Positions 8,930 through 21,597 of a stretch of DNA of 44,831 nt are shown here, in pieces. The number at the start of each line of letters is the position of its first letter. Position 1 is the first letter of the stretch. Origin of the DNA: Octopus bimaculoides (taxonomy: Eukaryota); NCBI RefSeq assembly GCF_001194135.2, contig NC_069008.1, positions 8,638,793 through 8,683,623 on the forward strand, read 5' to 3'. Below the pieces are notes generated by a model, which had not been told where the DNA came from, did not search any database, and was given only the letters and a program-made list of their open reading frames with translations. Made by a program: the position numbers and the translations under genes.

Positions 8930-10683
8930 TCCTGGGGCAAGTGAAGGATAACAGATGTTACAGTATGACTGAAAGCTTGGGAAGGGGAAATAGCGAAATA
9001 TCTTCATGTAATGCAACACATACATTTAAATGGATAGGGTTTTTCTAAGGATGTGGGCAGTACTTGTTAGTACAATATTTTTGATTTCTCTGAGACATGG
9101 TTCTCCTGGGATGTTATCTAGATGTTTCTAACATCCCCTTTTTATCATACCTAGGGCACCTACTATAACAGGAACAGTTCTCACTTTAAGATGACATATC
9201 TTTTGTATTTCAATTTGCAGCTCCTTATATTTATTTAATTTGTCAAATTCCTTTAGAGATATATTTTTATCAGTGGGAACACTGACATCTANNNNNNNNN
9301 NNNNNNNNNNNNNNNNNNNNNNNNNNNNNNNNNNNNNNNNNNNNNNNNNNNNNNNNNNNNNNNNNNNNNNNNNNNNNNNNNNNNNNNNNNNNNNNNNNNN
9401 NNNNNNNNNNNNNNNNNNNNNNNNNNNNNNNNNNNNNNNNNNNNNNNNNNNNNNNNNNNNNNNNNNNNNNNNNNNNNNNNNNNNNNNNNNNNNNNNNNNN
9501 NNNNNNNNNNNNNNNNNNNNNNNNNNNNNNNNNNNNNNNNNNNNNNNNNNNNNNNNNNNNNNNNNNNNNNNNNNNNNNNNNNNNNNNNNNNNNNNNNNNN
9601 NNNNNNNNNNNNNNNNNNNNNNNNNNNNNNNNNNNNNNNNNNNNNNNNNNNNNNNNNNNNNNNNNNNNNNNNNNNNNNNNNNNNNNNNNNNNNNNNNNNN
9701 NNNNNNNNNNNNGATCCATTATGTTTGTTTTGTGGCAGTGGTTTCAGGTTCTACAAATATTTCAGGATTAATGCCAAGTTCCCTTGTGAATTTGCAAGCT
9801 TCTTTGACAATAGAATGTGATTTTTTGCAACTTTATATTTGCACACAAGCCACTGCATCCAGTCCTCTGTACTAGATAAATACCTGTTCATTGCTATTGT
9901 GGTGGTCTTATAGTACAGTCCTACCTGCATCATCCTTCTCCCCCCATTATTTCTAGGTAGGTACAGACGATCAGCATCTGCTTTTGGGTGGTGCATGTTC
10001 TTAGTAGTTAGAAGTTTTCTTGTTGGAGCTCTGTAAGATTCCAGTTAATGATGTTTAAACTATATTGGACTCCTGGAAATGCCAGGGTGTTAATGACATT
10101 GGTGCGATTTTTTAAGTTGAGTTCAGTTTTTTGTATGAGTCTTATTCTCCTGTAATATTCCTTTCTTATTTTTTCCTTCATGGTAGCATGTTGTATACCA
10201 TCTCCTTCATTGATCTCCAGGTATTTATACCTTTATTGTGGGTCAAATTCCCTGATGGTAGTGTTGGTATCTAATTTAATGGAAGCTGTTTGCCTGAGCT
10301 TGCCTCTTACAAAGGTTGCTTTAGTATACTTATCAAGGCCAAAGTCCATCATTACTGAATTCTTTAACAGTTGTCAGCAACCCTACTAACTCTTTGTCAT
10401 TTCTAGCAAACAGCTGTAAACTTTGAACCCATACCTGGTGTTATTTAGTTTGAGAGTGGGATCAGTGCCATGCAAAAGAGTAATGGGGAGAGGGAATCAC
10501 CTTGAAAGAGGCCTCATTTGATGTTGATTTTGTTAATTTGGCTCATCCCATTACTATGGTTTAAAAGGACATGCTACCTTGGACATGCTACCTTGTAAGA
10601 ATTTGGAGATGATAGAAGAGATCTTATATATCTCAAGGGCCTCAAGTACCCAATTATGTGGGACACTATCAAACACTTTCCTC
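8930..10683 (-). mobile_element. Decayed R4/Dong-like retrotransposon, 3' half (RT through RLE), interrupted by a gap
   Basis: Minus frames give KVFDSVPHNWVLEALEIYK, GLFQGDSLSPLLFCMALIPL, HHPKADADRLYLPRNNGGR and DVSVPTDKNISLKEFDKLNKYKELQIEI...PVIVGALG...STAHILRKTLSI* (stop 9026-9028). Confidence 0.85.
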
Positions 10684-12935
10684 GAACAAGGAAGCAAATG
10701 ACCTCACTCAGCCTTAAACAGCACCTGCAGACCATGGTTTCTGGGTTATTTCTCTTCATCCACACAGGATAACTGCTGGCTAGAGACGGCAACACTAGGC
10801 CTACTAGACATCGACCAGAAAGCAGATGTGATATTTTATCTAAACAATTACACCCAATATTTTCTAAGACTTAAAATTTATTACTACAGGTTATTATGGC
10901 ATAATAGTTCAAGCTTGTGAGTGTTAATGGTGTTCACATGGTTGTTACCAGGGTTTATATTACTAGGATCAATATTATTATAACTAGTTGCTGAGGCCAG
11001 GGTTGGAGAATGTTGGTATCAAGCATTGTCGTCAGAGATTTGGCTTTCAGATAGTGATACAAGAGGGTCGAAGTTAGGTGGTATAATGGAAAAACTTACC
11101 GCACAGGTGTTGAGCATATTGACAACATGAACAGAAGTAGGTGGGCAGTCTTTACAGCTAATGGAGAGAGTGTTAGGGTTGTAGGGAGTGGTATGGCGCG
11201 AGCTTAAGTTAGTTCTTTTTTACCGTTACTTTTTAACCGCTCTTACTATACTTGCATGGTATTCTATATTGAAAGAACTAACCATTCTCTCTGTGGTGCA
11301 CCCAGTATTATGCAATAGCGATAGCAGAGATATCTAACCTAGAAATAGCAGCCTGCTCACCCTAGCCAGTTCTTTTCCAATTTCCACTAAGTAAGTAACC
11401 CTTACACCAAGATACAGCTATTTGTACTGCGCATGTCAAATAATAGATAGAACACACTATCCAAACCACTAACCCTTGACTATTGTCCGGAATTGCATTA
11501 CGTGATTCACATAATGGTGATTATACTATACAATTGAATAGCATCAATGCCACCTGTATAACATTCCATATTGTTAATCATTAGACTACTTCCTTACTGC
11601 TGGCTTTCTTTGATATCCCATCTGGTATTTCCTCTAACTCCATACTCGGTGTAATTTATTGTATAACCCCCTCTTTCTTTAAACACCTTAATGATAAGTA
11701 GTACTCTACTATTACTACCAAGCTTTTCCACTCCAGGCAATATTATAAGTGGTCCCCACTAACCCATATTCATATTTGTATCTAAAACAACACCAGACAT
11801 CTGTTCACTTTTCCAGATAAATCATTTGTGCTTAACATTACAATTCCTTAAAAGATAGATCTTACTATTCCATTGCCTTCATACCCTACCCCAACTTTTA
11901 ATCAATATCCACAGAATACCCCTAAATTCTGTGTATCTCCTCCCTCCTCCCTTTGCCTTAGATAGCAAATCCTAAACCCCAACCCTGTGCCTAATCGGCT
12001 TGTACACATTTATTTTTCTTCACTTTTACTTCTGCTTTCTTTATTCTTAATTTACCTTAGCTCCTCTCCCTGCTACCCACAGATCTAAGCCTACAGTAAT
12101 AAAATACCACCTACACTCCATTCCAGCCTACCTAAGAACCAATCTAGCAGATTCCTATATCACCCAGGTCACTGACCTGAATTATCTTCTTAACCTCAAC
12201 AGCCAATTTTGTTGGTCATTCTCCTATTTCATAGTTGCCCTCAACAGACTTCTGCCACGTCCCTGCTGTATTCTTGGGATATTCTTTTGTTTGTAAAATT
12301 ACGTTTCATCTGATAATTACGGTTTTTGTAATGGAGTAATGTTCTCATTCTTCTATTTTAAAAAATGCGTAAGAAACAGCTGTAATGAGCTGACAATCAT
12401 CCATTGTCTGTTATTATTCATTTTATATACAAACATACATACATACATATATATATATACATGAGAGAGTGCTGAAAAGTTCCTGGATTTAAGGGTATCG
12501 TGAAATGCTTGGTTGGAGGCCTAATCTTCTGAGTTCTNNNNNNNNNNNNNNNNNNNNNNNNNNNNNNNNNNNNNNNNNNNNNNNNNNNNNNNNNNNNNNN
12601 NNNNNNNNNNNNNNNNNNNNNNNNNNNNNNNNNNNNNNNNNNNNNNNNNNNNNNNNNNNNNNNNNNNNNNNNNNNNNNNNNNNNNNNNNNNNNNNNNNNN
12701 NNNNNNNNNNNNNNNNNNNNNNNNNNNNNNNNNNNNNNNNNNNNNNNNNNNNNNNNNNNNNNNNNNNNNNNNNNNNNNNNNNNNNNNNNNNNNNNNNNNN
12801 NNNNNNNNNNNNNNNNNNNNNNNNNNNNNNNNNNNNNNNNNNNNNNNNNNNNNNNNNNNNNNNNNNNNNNNNNNNNNNNNNNNNNNNNNNNNNNNNNNNN
12901 NNNNNNNNNNNNNNNNNNNNNNNNNNNNNNNNNNN

Positions 12936-12952
12936 GAGAGAGAGAGAGAGAG

Positions 12953-13035
<83 letters not shown>

Positions 13036-13060
13036 GAATGAAAGAAAGAGAAAGAAAGAA
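12936..13060. repeat. (GA)n(GAAA)n microsatellite abutting a gap
   Basis: Seen directly. Confidence 0.97.
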
Positions 13061-13072
13061 ATAGATACCTCA

Positions 13073-13490
13073 TTTTCCGGCAAACATGTTGAATTTTTCA
13101 GATTAAAATTTACAGCCAAAAATGATGGGTTAACTAATGCACCAGGCTGACTGTGGAGGATCAGAAAATCCCACATGAAATGCTGCAGGACTTGGAAACA
13201 TTGTGGCTATGTTTGAATGTTAACGCTGCATGTTTACACTATATTCTATTGCAATTTTTATGCAGGAAAAAATGGTACTTCACCTATAATGCTTTGTGTA
13301 TCTTTTTTAATAAATTCCTCCAGTAGAATACCGTATTTTCCAGAATATAAGTCAAATTTTTCTGACCAAAATTTACAGCCAAAAAAAGATAGATCAACTT
13401 ATACACTAAGACTGCTCTGAAGGACCAGAATTTTCATGTAAAATGTAGGAAGACTTTTAGAAAGATAGTGACTAATGTTTGAATATTTAC
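13073..13490 (+). repeat. Dispersed repeat, two copies here and two more at ~42477-42620 and ~42785-42835; head resembles a pogo/Tigger TIR
   Basis: (TAC)CGTATTTTCC...A(T/C)AAGT.GAATTTTTCAGA..AAAATTTACAGC recurs four times. Confidence 0.55.
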
Positions 13491-13958
13491 ACTACAGAAT
13501 TACATTATATTTGGATTTCAAATTTTGGCACAAGACCAGCAATTTCGGGGGAGGAGTAAGCTGATTACATTGTCTCCAGTGCTCAACCGATACCTATTTT
13601 ATCAACCCCGAAAGGAGGAAAGGCAAAGTCAACATCACTGAAATTTGAACTCAGAACGTAATGACAAACAAAATACCACTAAGCCTTTTACTAGGGGTGT
13701 CAACAATTCTGCCAGCTCACCACCTTATGTACATTATATATTGCATCAACTCATATACCAGAGAATACAGTATATGCCATCGGTGATTCAAAAGAATTAC
13801 TCCAATAGCTATATGGTAAGACATTTGCTTCTCAACCACATGGTTCCAAGATCAGTCCCACTGCATGGTCCCTTGAACAAGTATCTTCTATTATAGCCTT
13901 GAGCCAACCAAAGCCTTGTGAGTGGATTTGGTAGACTGAAACTGAAAGGAGCCCATTG

Positions 13959-14439
13959 TGTGTAGGAGTCGGGAAAGCTATTTTGGTTGTCGTGGTAAGG
14001 ACAGTTGTGCTATGGCATACTTCAGCCGATCAGAGCAGGGCGCATATTAATACTAGAGGCAGTTATCCACCCCATAGGCAGTTATCCACCCCATAGGCAA
14101 GTGCATGTTTTTTGACAGCTAGCAGAAGAACATGATGAGATGAACCACATTGGTTCTCCAAAGATAGGACCTGCCTTTTCGTATTTCTCATCAACTTAAC
14201 GCCACAAACTTCTGAATCATATTAAGTTCTCAACGCTGACCACAGCATGGACATCCTATTTCGTTTTTGTCAACTTTGCCTTGCAAGCACCTTTTCAGTT
14301 AGTCTGAATCAACACAATCCTATATCGTGAGTAGTTCATTTCCATCTAAGCTAGATTCATCTCTGCTAGCTTTTAACAATCTCCAACTCAATGATTTGTT
14401 CAATCGTAAGTTTTATCGCTTTTCTCTGACTTCTACACA
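13959..14439. mobile_element. Putative non-autonomous DNA transposon (481 bp) with ~23-bp imperfect TIRs
   Basis: Left end TGTGTAGGAGTCGGGAAAGCTAT; right end reverse-complements to TGTGTAGAAGTCAGAGAAAAGCGAT. No clear TSD. Internal 19-bp tandem duplication at ~14057-14099. Confidence 0.55.
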
Positions 14440-14850
14440 TATTATGGCGCAGGGGTGGCTGTGTGGTAAGTAGCTTGCTTACCAACCACATGGTTCCGGG
14501 TTCAGTCCCATTGCATGGCACCTTGGNNNNNNNNNNTGGGGTCGATTTGCTCGACTAAAGGCGGTGCTCCAGCATGGCCACAGTCAAATGACTGAAACAG
14601 GTAAAAGAGTAAAGAGTATATGCTCACTTCACTCTTCACTTGTTAGCTCTCTTTACTATTTTAATAAATTAAATTATTTGTTCAAAATCTGTCTTCAGAT
14701 ATTCCATTGCACATGCTTCTCAAAAGCACATTTACTGGACTTTTCCACAAACACTTTCATATTGTAAATTGACGACTCACTACATTGGTTACATTTTACT
14801 TTGGAAATTTTTTACATTGGTGACTCATGACATATGTATATATCTATCTA

Positions 14851-14891
<41 letters not shown>

Positions 14892-15749
14892 NNNNNNNNN
14901 NNNNNNNNNNNNNNNNNNNNNNNNNNNNNNNNNNNNNNNNNNNNNNNNNNNNNNNNNNNNNNNNNNNNNNNNNNNNNNNNNNNNNNNNNNNNNNNNNNNN
15001 NNNNNNNNNNNNNNNNNNNNNNNNNNNNNNNNNNNNNNNNNNNNNNNNNNNNNNNNNNNNNNNNNNNNNNNNNNNNNNNNNNNNNNNNNNNNNNNNNNNN
15101 NNNNNNNNNNNNNNNNNNNNNNNNNNNNNNNNNNNNNNNNNNNNNNNNNNNNNNNNNNNNNNNNNNNNNNNNNNNNNNNNNNNNNNNNNNNNNNNNNNNN
15201 NNNNNNNNNNNNNNNNNNNNNNNNNNNNNNNNNNNNNNNNNNNNNNNNNNNNNNNNNNNNNNNNNNNNNNNNNNNNNNNNNNNNNNNNNNNNNNNNNNNN
15301 NNNNNNNNNNNNNNNNNNNNNNNNNNNNNNNNNNNNNNNTATACTCACCAAAAATGACAAAAAATCTTTTTAAATAATATTTTATTATATAATAAATAAT
15401 AAAAAATAATTATTTCTAGCATTGACGCAAGGCAACACATTTGGGAGAAGAAGCTCTAAAGATTCTGAAGATTCAGAAGCTCTAAAGATTCTGCCAATAA
15501 TAATCCTTTCTACAACGGACATAAAGCCTGGAAATTTGGCAGAGGTGGGTGGGAGTGGGAGTGTTTAGGTGATTACATTGACCCCCAGTGCTCAACTGGT
15601 ACTTATTTCATTGACCCTGAAAGGATGAAAGACAAAGTCGACATCGGCAGAATTTAAACTCAGAACATTAAGACAGTTGAAATGCCACAAAGCATTATGC
15701 CTGGCATGCTAACGATTCTGCCTTCTCACTGTCTGATATAATAATAATA

Positions 15750-16740
15750 ATAATGATTTCTATATTAACCACAAGGGTTTACATTAAGAAAATCATTATG
15801 GACAGTACAGGACAAAATAAAGAATGTGTGTTATTGTGGGGGTTTAGCGTATAAAAACAGTTTAACATGATGAAAAAAACACGTTTCAACAATGAGTAAT
15901 CCTCAGTATGGAGGAGACATTCAAGGATTGCTCATGGAAAAACCCCATAAAAACCATGGGTACCCTGACTTTTAGGGCAGGTGCCTTTTTTTAATTTTTT
16001 CTTCTCTCCAATTACAGGTACATTACAGGTCCGTTCACTTGCACCATTCTTGCCACTTTCATCCACCTTTCAGCAAACTGGTTAGAAGACAACACTTCCC
16101 TCTCAACCCTTATTTTCCTTTTCAAGTGAAACTTGAAGAAGTTGATCAGGGATTGGCCAATGAGAAAAGTGTTTGTCTTCAGCTCCTTCAGTCTCATCCA
16201 CCATACATCCTGTTTTGCCATGGCCACCAGGCATATAAACACAGCCTTCCTTTCCTGGTTAAAGGAAGGTGGCAGAGTGATCTTCCCGACGGATTCAGTT
16301 CATAGATGGATCCGTCCTACACATGACAGCAGGTGTTTAACATAAACCCACAGGTTAGCAATGTTCAAGCATTGGATGAGTGTATGCAGGACCATCTCGT
16401 CATCCTGCATGCATTCAGACATGCTCAACTGACGGCACTTCCATACCTATATAGTTTATCTCAAACAGGCAAAACACCCTGGTAGCACTAGTTGATCTTC
16501 AACACCCAAGGTCTCCCCAAGAACATTGTTGCACTTTCCCTCCACTAATCTTTATGGAAAGCTAACACTAATCCTTTATGGAAAGCTAACCTATCGCAAC
16601 GTCTGACTGACTGAGAGCTGTGAGTGTTTGAAGGCATTCCAAATGCCTCCCCTTCGTCTCTCATTCATCCAGGACTACAGCTCTATTAAAGAACAACATG
16701 GACATACACTAAGAAGCTCTCTCCACAAAACAGACTTAAT
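15750..16740 (-). mobile_element. 3' end of a Tx1/L1-like LINE
   Basis: Minus frames give LPV.DKLYRYGSAVS..C..CMQDDEMVLHTLIQC (CCHC knuckle) and FICLVAMAKQDVWWMRLK...INFFKFHLKRKIRVERE, then a 3' UTR and (ATT)n. Confidence 0.7.
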
Positions 16741-17089
16741 CCAATAACATAGGTGCAATGGAAGGAAAACTTTGCAATACAACTTTGGGAAAAGTTCTGT
16801 TAAGAGAAAGGAACTAAAACTCAGAAAGATTTTTGTTATATAAAGTGTATTTTTTTTTTAAATGCATGATATCTCAATGAAACATATGTAAGAAGTTGAA
16901 ACCAGCACCAGGAACCCTGGAAAAACACACCAATTACACAGAATGTACATAAATTGAATAATTACCTATAGATGCAACTGTCCATGTATCTATTTATAAG
17001 CAACATAAATAATGCCTACATGATACACACATACACACAACGTATCATGAGCAACACAAAACCAAACAAAAACAAAGCAACTCCCCACA

Positions 17090-18545
17090 AACGAATATAA
17101 AAAGGAGCAAATTAGTCACTCACTTTAAAACATGACTAAACAGTTATGCCTGGGAACATTGTTATCAAAAAAAATAGAGGCAATTTCCAGTCTATCAACC
17201 TATGATATAATAAATATATCCATTCAAAGAACAAGGAAGCAGATGTATCAGTTCTTGATGAACTTGCTAAAGGAATAAATGATAAGACAAAACAAGCTAG
17301 AAAAATCAAACAAAAATATAAAATCAAAGATCTTATAAAACTTCCTGCAACCAAGAAACTGTTGAAATAGTGAATAAAGCTGAAAGGCCAACAGCTTAGA
17401 AGGTATGATAAAATAATCAAATTTTATCAACAAAACAAGGTATTCAAGATGGATGCAAAGAAATTTTATAGGGAAATTGGCAAAAGTAAGCTAGAAGTAA
17501 AGGAGCCACCTAAAACTGAGAAAATGGAAGGGTTCTGGAAGAAGATATGGAGCAACAAAAAAAGAATACAATGCTAAAGCTGACTGGACAGAACATGAGG
17601 AAATGAGACTGGATGAAGTTGAAGAGCAAAAATGGGAGGCATTAGAAATAGAAGAGCTAAGGTGTGGTCTTAGGAAGTCTCACAAATGAAAAACCCCAGG
17701 ACTGGACCGAATCCCTAACTTCTGGCTGAATTGTTTGACAGAAGAACACCAAAATTTCACTGCATCTCAAACTTATGTCTGACTGAACCTGTGTGGCTGA
17801 CTGAAGGAACAACATACCTTCTACCAAAAAACGAAGACACAAAAAATTCAAAGAACTACCAACCAATAACATGTCTCATCACCACCTACAAGAGCCTCAC
17901 ATCCATACTAACTGATAGAATATACACTTCCTTTGAACAGAGATCTATCCTTCCACAAGCTCAAAAAGGCTGTAAAAGAAATTCTTATGGGTACAAAGAT
18001 CAATTACTCATAAGTAAAATGATTGTAAAGAATTGCCAGAGCAAAAAGAATCTGAATATGGCATGGATAGACTACAGGAAAGCGTTTAATAGTGTCCCAC
18101 ATAATTGGGTACTCGAGGCCCTTGAGATATATAAGATCTCTCCTATCATCTCCAAATTCTTACAAGGTAGCATGGCCAAGTCGAACACATGTCTCCTTCT
18201 AAACCATAGTAAAGGGATGAGACAAACTAACATCAACATCAAGCAAAGCATCTTTCAAGGTGACTCCTGCTCCCCATTACTCTTTGCATGGCACTGATCC
18301 CACTCTCAAAAGAACTAAATTATACCAGGTATGGGTTCAAAGTTTACAATATGACAATAAACCATCTGTTTTATGTAGACGATCTGAAGCTGTTTGCTTG
18401 AGATGACCAGGAGCTTGTAGGGCTGTTAACAACTGTTAAAGAATTCAGTAATGACATCGAGATGGATTTTGGCCTCAATAAGTGTGCTAAAGCAACTTTT
18501 GTAAGAGGAAAGCTCAGACAAACAGCTTCCATTAAATTTGACCCA
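17090..18545 (+). mobile_element. Decayed R4/Dong-like retrotransposon, N-terminal region + RT
   Basis: ORF 17731-18297 and flanks give KNYQPITCLITTYKSLTSIL, YGYKDQLLISK, WIDYRKAFNSVPHNW, IFQGDSCSPLLF, NHLFYVDDLKLFA and MDFGLNKCAK. Confidence 0.88.
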
Positions 18546-18879
18546 CAATTTTCAGAAAAAGGTATCAACTAGCTGACTTGCAAATACAATCTGTAAATGC
18601 TATAGCAAAATTAGACAAGACTTCCCAGCTTTAAAATGTGATATTGTTTTCATTATCAACATTCTAAAGATGAAGCATGGTATCTTTGTTGGAAACCAAC
18701 TCCTTCTTCAAAGGAAGATTTCAAATAATTAAAAGTAGAAAAGAACATACACACATACACATACATAGTATTATATTATGTACTTATGTACATAATCATC
18801 AGATGCTGTGTATGGAAATATGAATGCATTTAAGATTCAACTCTGTTACACAAACACAATATATTCATTAAATATGAAT

Positions 18880-20130
18880 TAGGAACGGTGTACAGGTTTA
18901 GCAGTGAATCATTTGTGAAATTAGGGGCCAATTTCAATGTAAAAAACATGACAATGAAGGGAGGAAGAAGAATGCAGTAACCAAGTTTTAAAATCAAGGA
19001 CGGTGTAGGGGGTTGACTGAACTACTTTTGAAATTAAGGCTTCAGTTTATGTGTGAAAGACCAGGTACAAAGTAGGAAATTAAGCAGTGAACTACTTTTG
19101 ATATTAGGGGCCTAATTTATCTGTGAAAGGCAGGGATGGTGTAGGGAATTTAATAGAAAATTACTTTTGAAATTAGGGGTTTGATTTAGGTGAAAGACTA
19201 GGGATGGTGTCAGAGATTCAGTAGTGAATTACTTTCAAATGAGGGGTTCAGTTTAACTGTGAAGAACAAGAGATGGTGTAGGGGTTTGTAGTGAACCATT
19301 TTTGAAATTAATGGGGTCCAGTTTAGTTGTGATAAACAGTGACAGTGGAGGGAGGAAGAAAAATGCTGTGAACCAAGTTTTGAAATCAAGAATCCAATTT
19401 AAGTGTGAAAGAATGGGGACAATGTAAAGGGTTTAATCAGTGAATGCTTTTGAAATTACAAACCAATTTAACGAAGAAGATAAGGAAGATGTTTTGAAAA
19501 GGGATTTCAGTAGAGAACAGCACTTGAAACTAAGGGGCCCCAATTTAGCCCTGAATAGCTAGGGAGAGTATCGAGAGAATAGGAGAATATAGTGAACCAA
19601 GTTTTGAAATTAGGAAACCAATTTCACTATGAGTTGATTGGGACAGTGTAGCAGGGAGGGGGAGTTTTCAGCAGTGAACCACTTTTGAAATGAAGGACCA
19701 TGTGGTAAAAAGAGCCCTATTTAAATATAATCCCAAGAGCCCTATTTAAATATAAACCAGGGTTGGTGTAGGTGGTGGAGTTAGCAATAATTCACTTTTG
19801 AAATGAGGGTCCATTTAGCCATGAAGAACAAGGGACTGTGTAGAGATTTAATATGGATCAGTTCAACTGTGAAGGATAAGAGACAGTGTACAGTGTGTTG
19901 GGGTAGGGTGAGGGAATGCAGTGAACCAAAGACTGAAATTAAGGGATGCATTTCTGCCGTGAAAGCTGGGAACAGTGTATAGGGAAAGGCAAAGTGCAGC
20001 AGTAAGCCAAGTTTGAAACCAGAAGTTGGTTGAGTCGTGAGGAGTTACAGACAGTATCAGGAAGAAGGGTATGGGATATAAATGTGCAGCTGTTAATTGA
20101 GTTTTAAATTAGGGGTCAGTTTAGCCAGAG
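18880..20130. repeat. Highly degenerate tandem array, ~16-17 units of ~65-80 bp
   Basis: Recurrent motif GGGA(T/C)(G/A)GTGTAG...GCAGTGAAC(C/T)A(C/A)(T/G)TTTTGAAATTAGGGG..CAATTTA...TGTGAA. The TTTGAAAT core recurs near 19027, 19096, 19164, 19232, 19298, 19377, 19448, 19601, 19683 and 19795. Confidence 0.8.
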
Positions 20131-20325
20131 CTACAGATGGTATTTTTAAAATTAAGGATTTGTTTAGTATATTACTTTTATTTTTAAAAAGAGAAAACTT
20201 TATTTTTACTGCATACACATTTTCATGTAACCCCACATTGTATCATATACTATATTGTGTTGTATTGTCCTGTACCTGTACCATCTTCAATCTGTTTTTA
20301 AACCCTTAGTGGTTAATAAAAAAAA

Positions 20326-20360
<35 letters not shown>

Positions 20361-20507
20361 AATAATAATAATACTAAGTTGTTATTTTTTGCGATGCTGC
20401 CAGCAAAAATATTTGTTAATCATGCACATACCTTCATAATTTGTTCAAAGTGAAAGACTTTTTTTAAAGTCTGTGTTGCATTGTCTATATATTAAAAGAT
20501 GTACAGA

Positions 20508-20548
<41 letters not shown>

Positions 20549-20578
20549 AAACAAGCAAACAAAAAACTTTATGTATTA

Positions 20579-21597
20579 TCTATATAAATAAAGATGAGAA
20601 TGTGTGTTTGTCTGTCTGTGTGAATCCCTAAAACTCAAGAACTACACAACCGATTTCATCCAAGCCTTACTTATAGTCCATGGAGTGTCATGGACCAAAG
20701 CATTTTCTAACTTCTTGCCTAATGCGGGTGCGGAGCAATCTTATACACTGGTTCACTATTACGTGCCAAAAGTGAGAGAATAGCATCTATATTGTAATGT
20801 CATATAGAATTGCATCAGTTCTATTATTACACTTTTCATTCTAATTTGATAAGACTTTAATATTGTTTCACTTCGATTGTTTCCATTTTCGTTCTAATGT
20901 CATAACACTAACATCATTTTATTTTACATATTTACCATTCAATTACCAGTTAATTATTACCGCAGCAGTTGCAAGGCTGCAAATTATTTACAGTAACCCT
21001 TTAATTAATATGTAATAATTAACAGTGTATCTGAGTACATTTCCTCCTGCTTCTTTTAGGTCATGCCCTGAAAGAAGAGTTATTCAATTGGCCAATAAAC
21101 TGCGAAAGTCGCAAGGCGGGCAAATGAATTGTCACTGGAAACTTCTATGAGATGATCACAAAATGCTGAACATACAGCCACTACAAGAGTACTCCAAACA
21201 GATGACCGGCATACAGTTTGACAAACTGCTGAAGCTGCCTCAACTGCTACGGCACGAGCCGCAGAAACCAAACACCACCGTGAAGTTCGACAAATAGTTG
21301 ATGCTACATCAACTACTACTGCACGAGATGCATAAAACGAAGACCAACGTACTCCATGCCTCATCAGGAACGCTGCCAACATGGCTGCTGCACAAAATCC
21401 CCACTCCTTACATCAGATTTACTACACTGCAGACTTCTATTCAACAAAGATCTAATAGACGGAGGTTTTCAATGCCATGCAGCTCGTGATGTTCATTAAA
21501 AGGTTTCGACATCAACCCTAAGCTTCATTATGATTGCCACCCAGATATAAACATTGGAGATATGTCCATCACTTGCTCTTTCTACAATGCTAAGATA
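20579..21597 (+). mobile_element. Helitron 5' remnant (5' terminus + N-terminus of RepHel ORF, pseudogenised)
   Basis: A|TCTATATAAATAAAGATGAGAATGTGTGT 5' end. A decayed ORF from ATG 21063 is Arg/Ala/Glu/Thr-rich. At 21502 it reads GFDINPKLHYDCHPDINIGDMSITCSFYNAK, resembling the Helitron F.Y.P...Y...HP...IG.M...C..C.A motif. Truncated at (TA)n. Confidence 0.7.

Noticed and set aside
14057-14099. TTATCCAC motifs resembling bacterial DnaA boxes
   Set aside because: A simple 19-bp tandem duplication inside a eukaryotic repeat; the resemblance is coincidental.
18880-20130. CRISPR-like repeat-spacer appearance
   Set aside because: The repeats are highly degenerate, the spacers are related to each other, there are no cas genes, and the context is eukaryotic.
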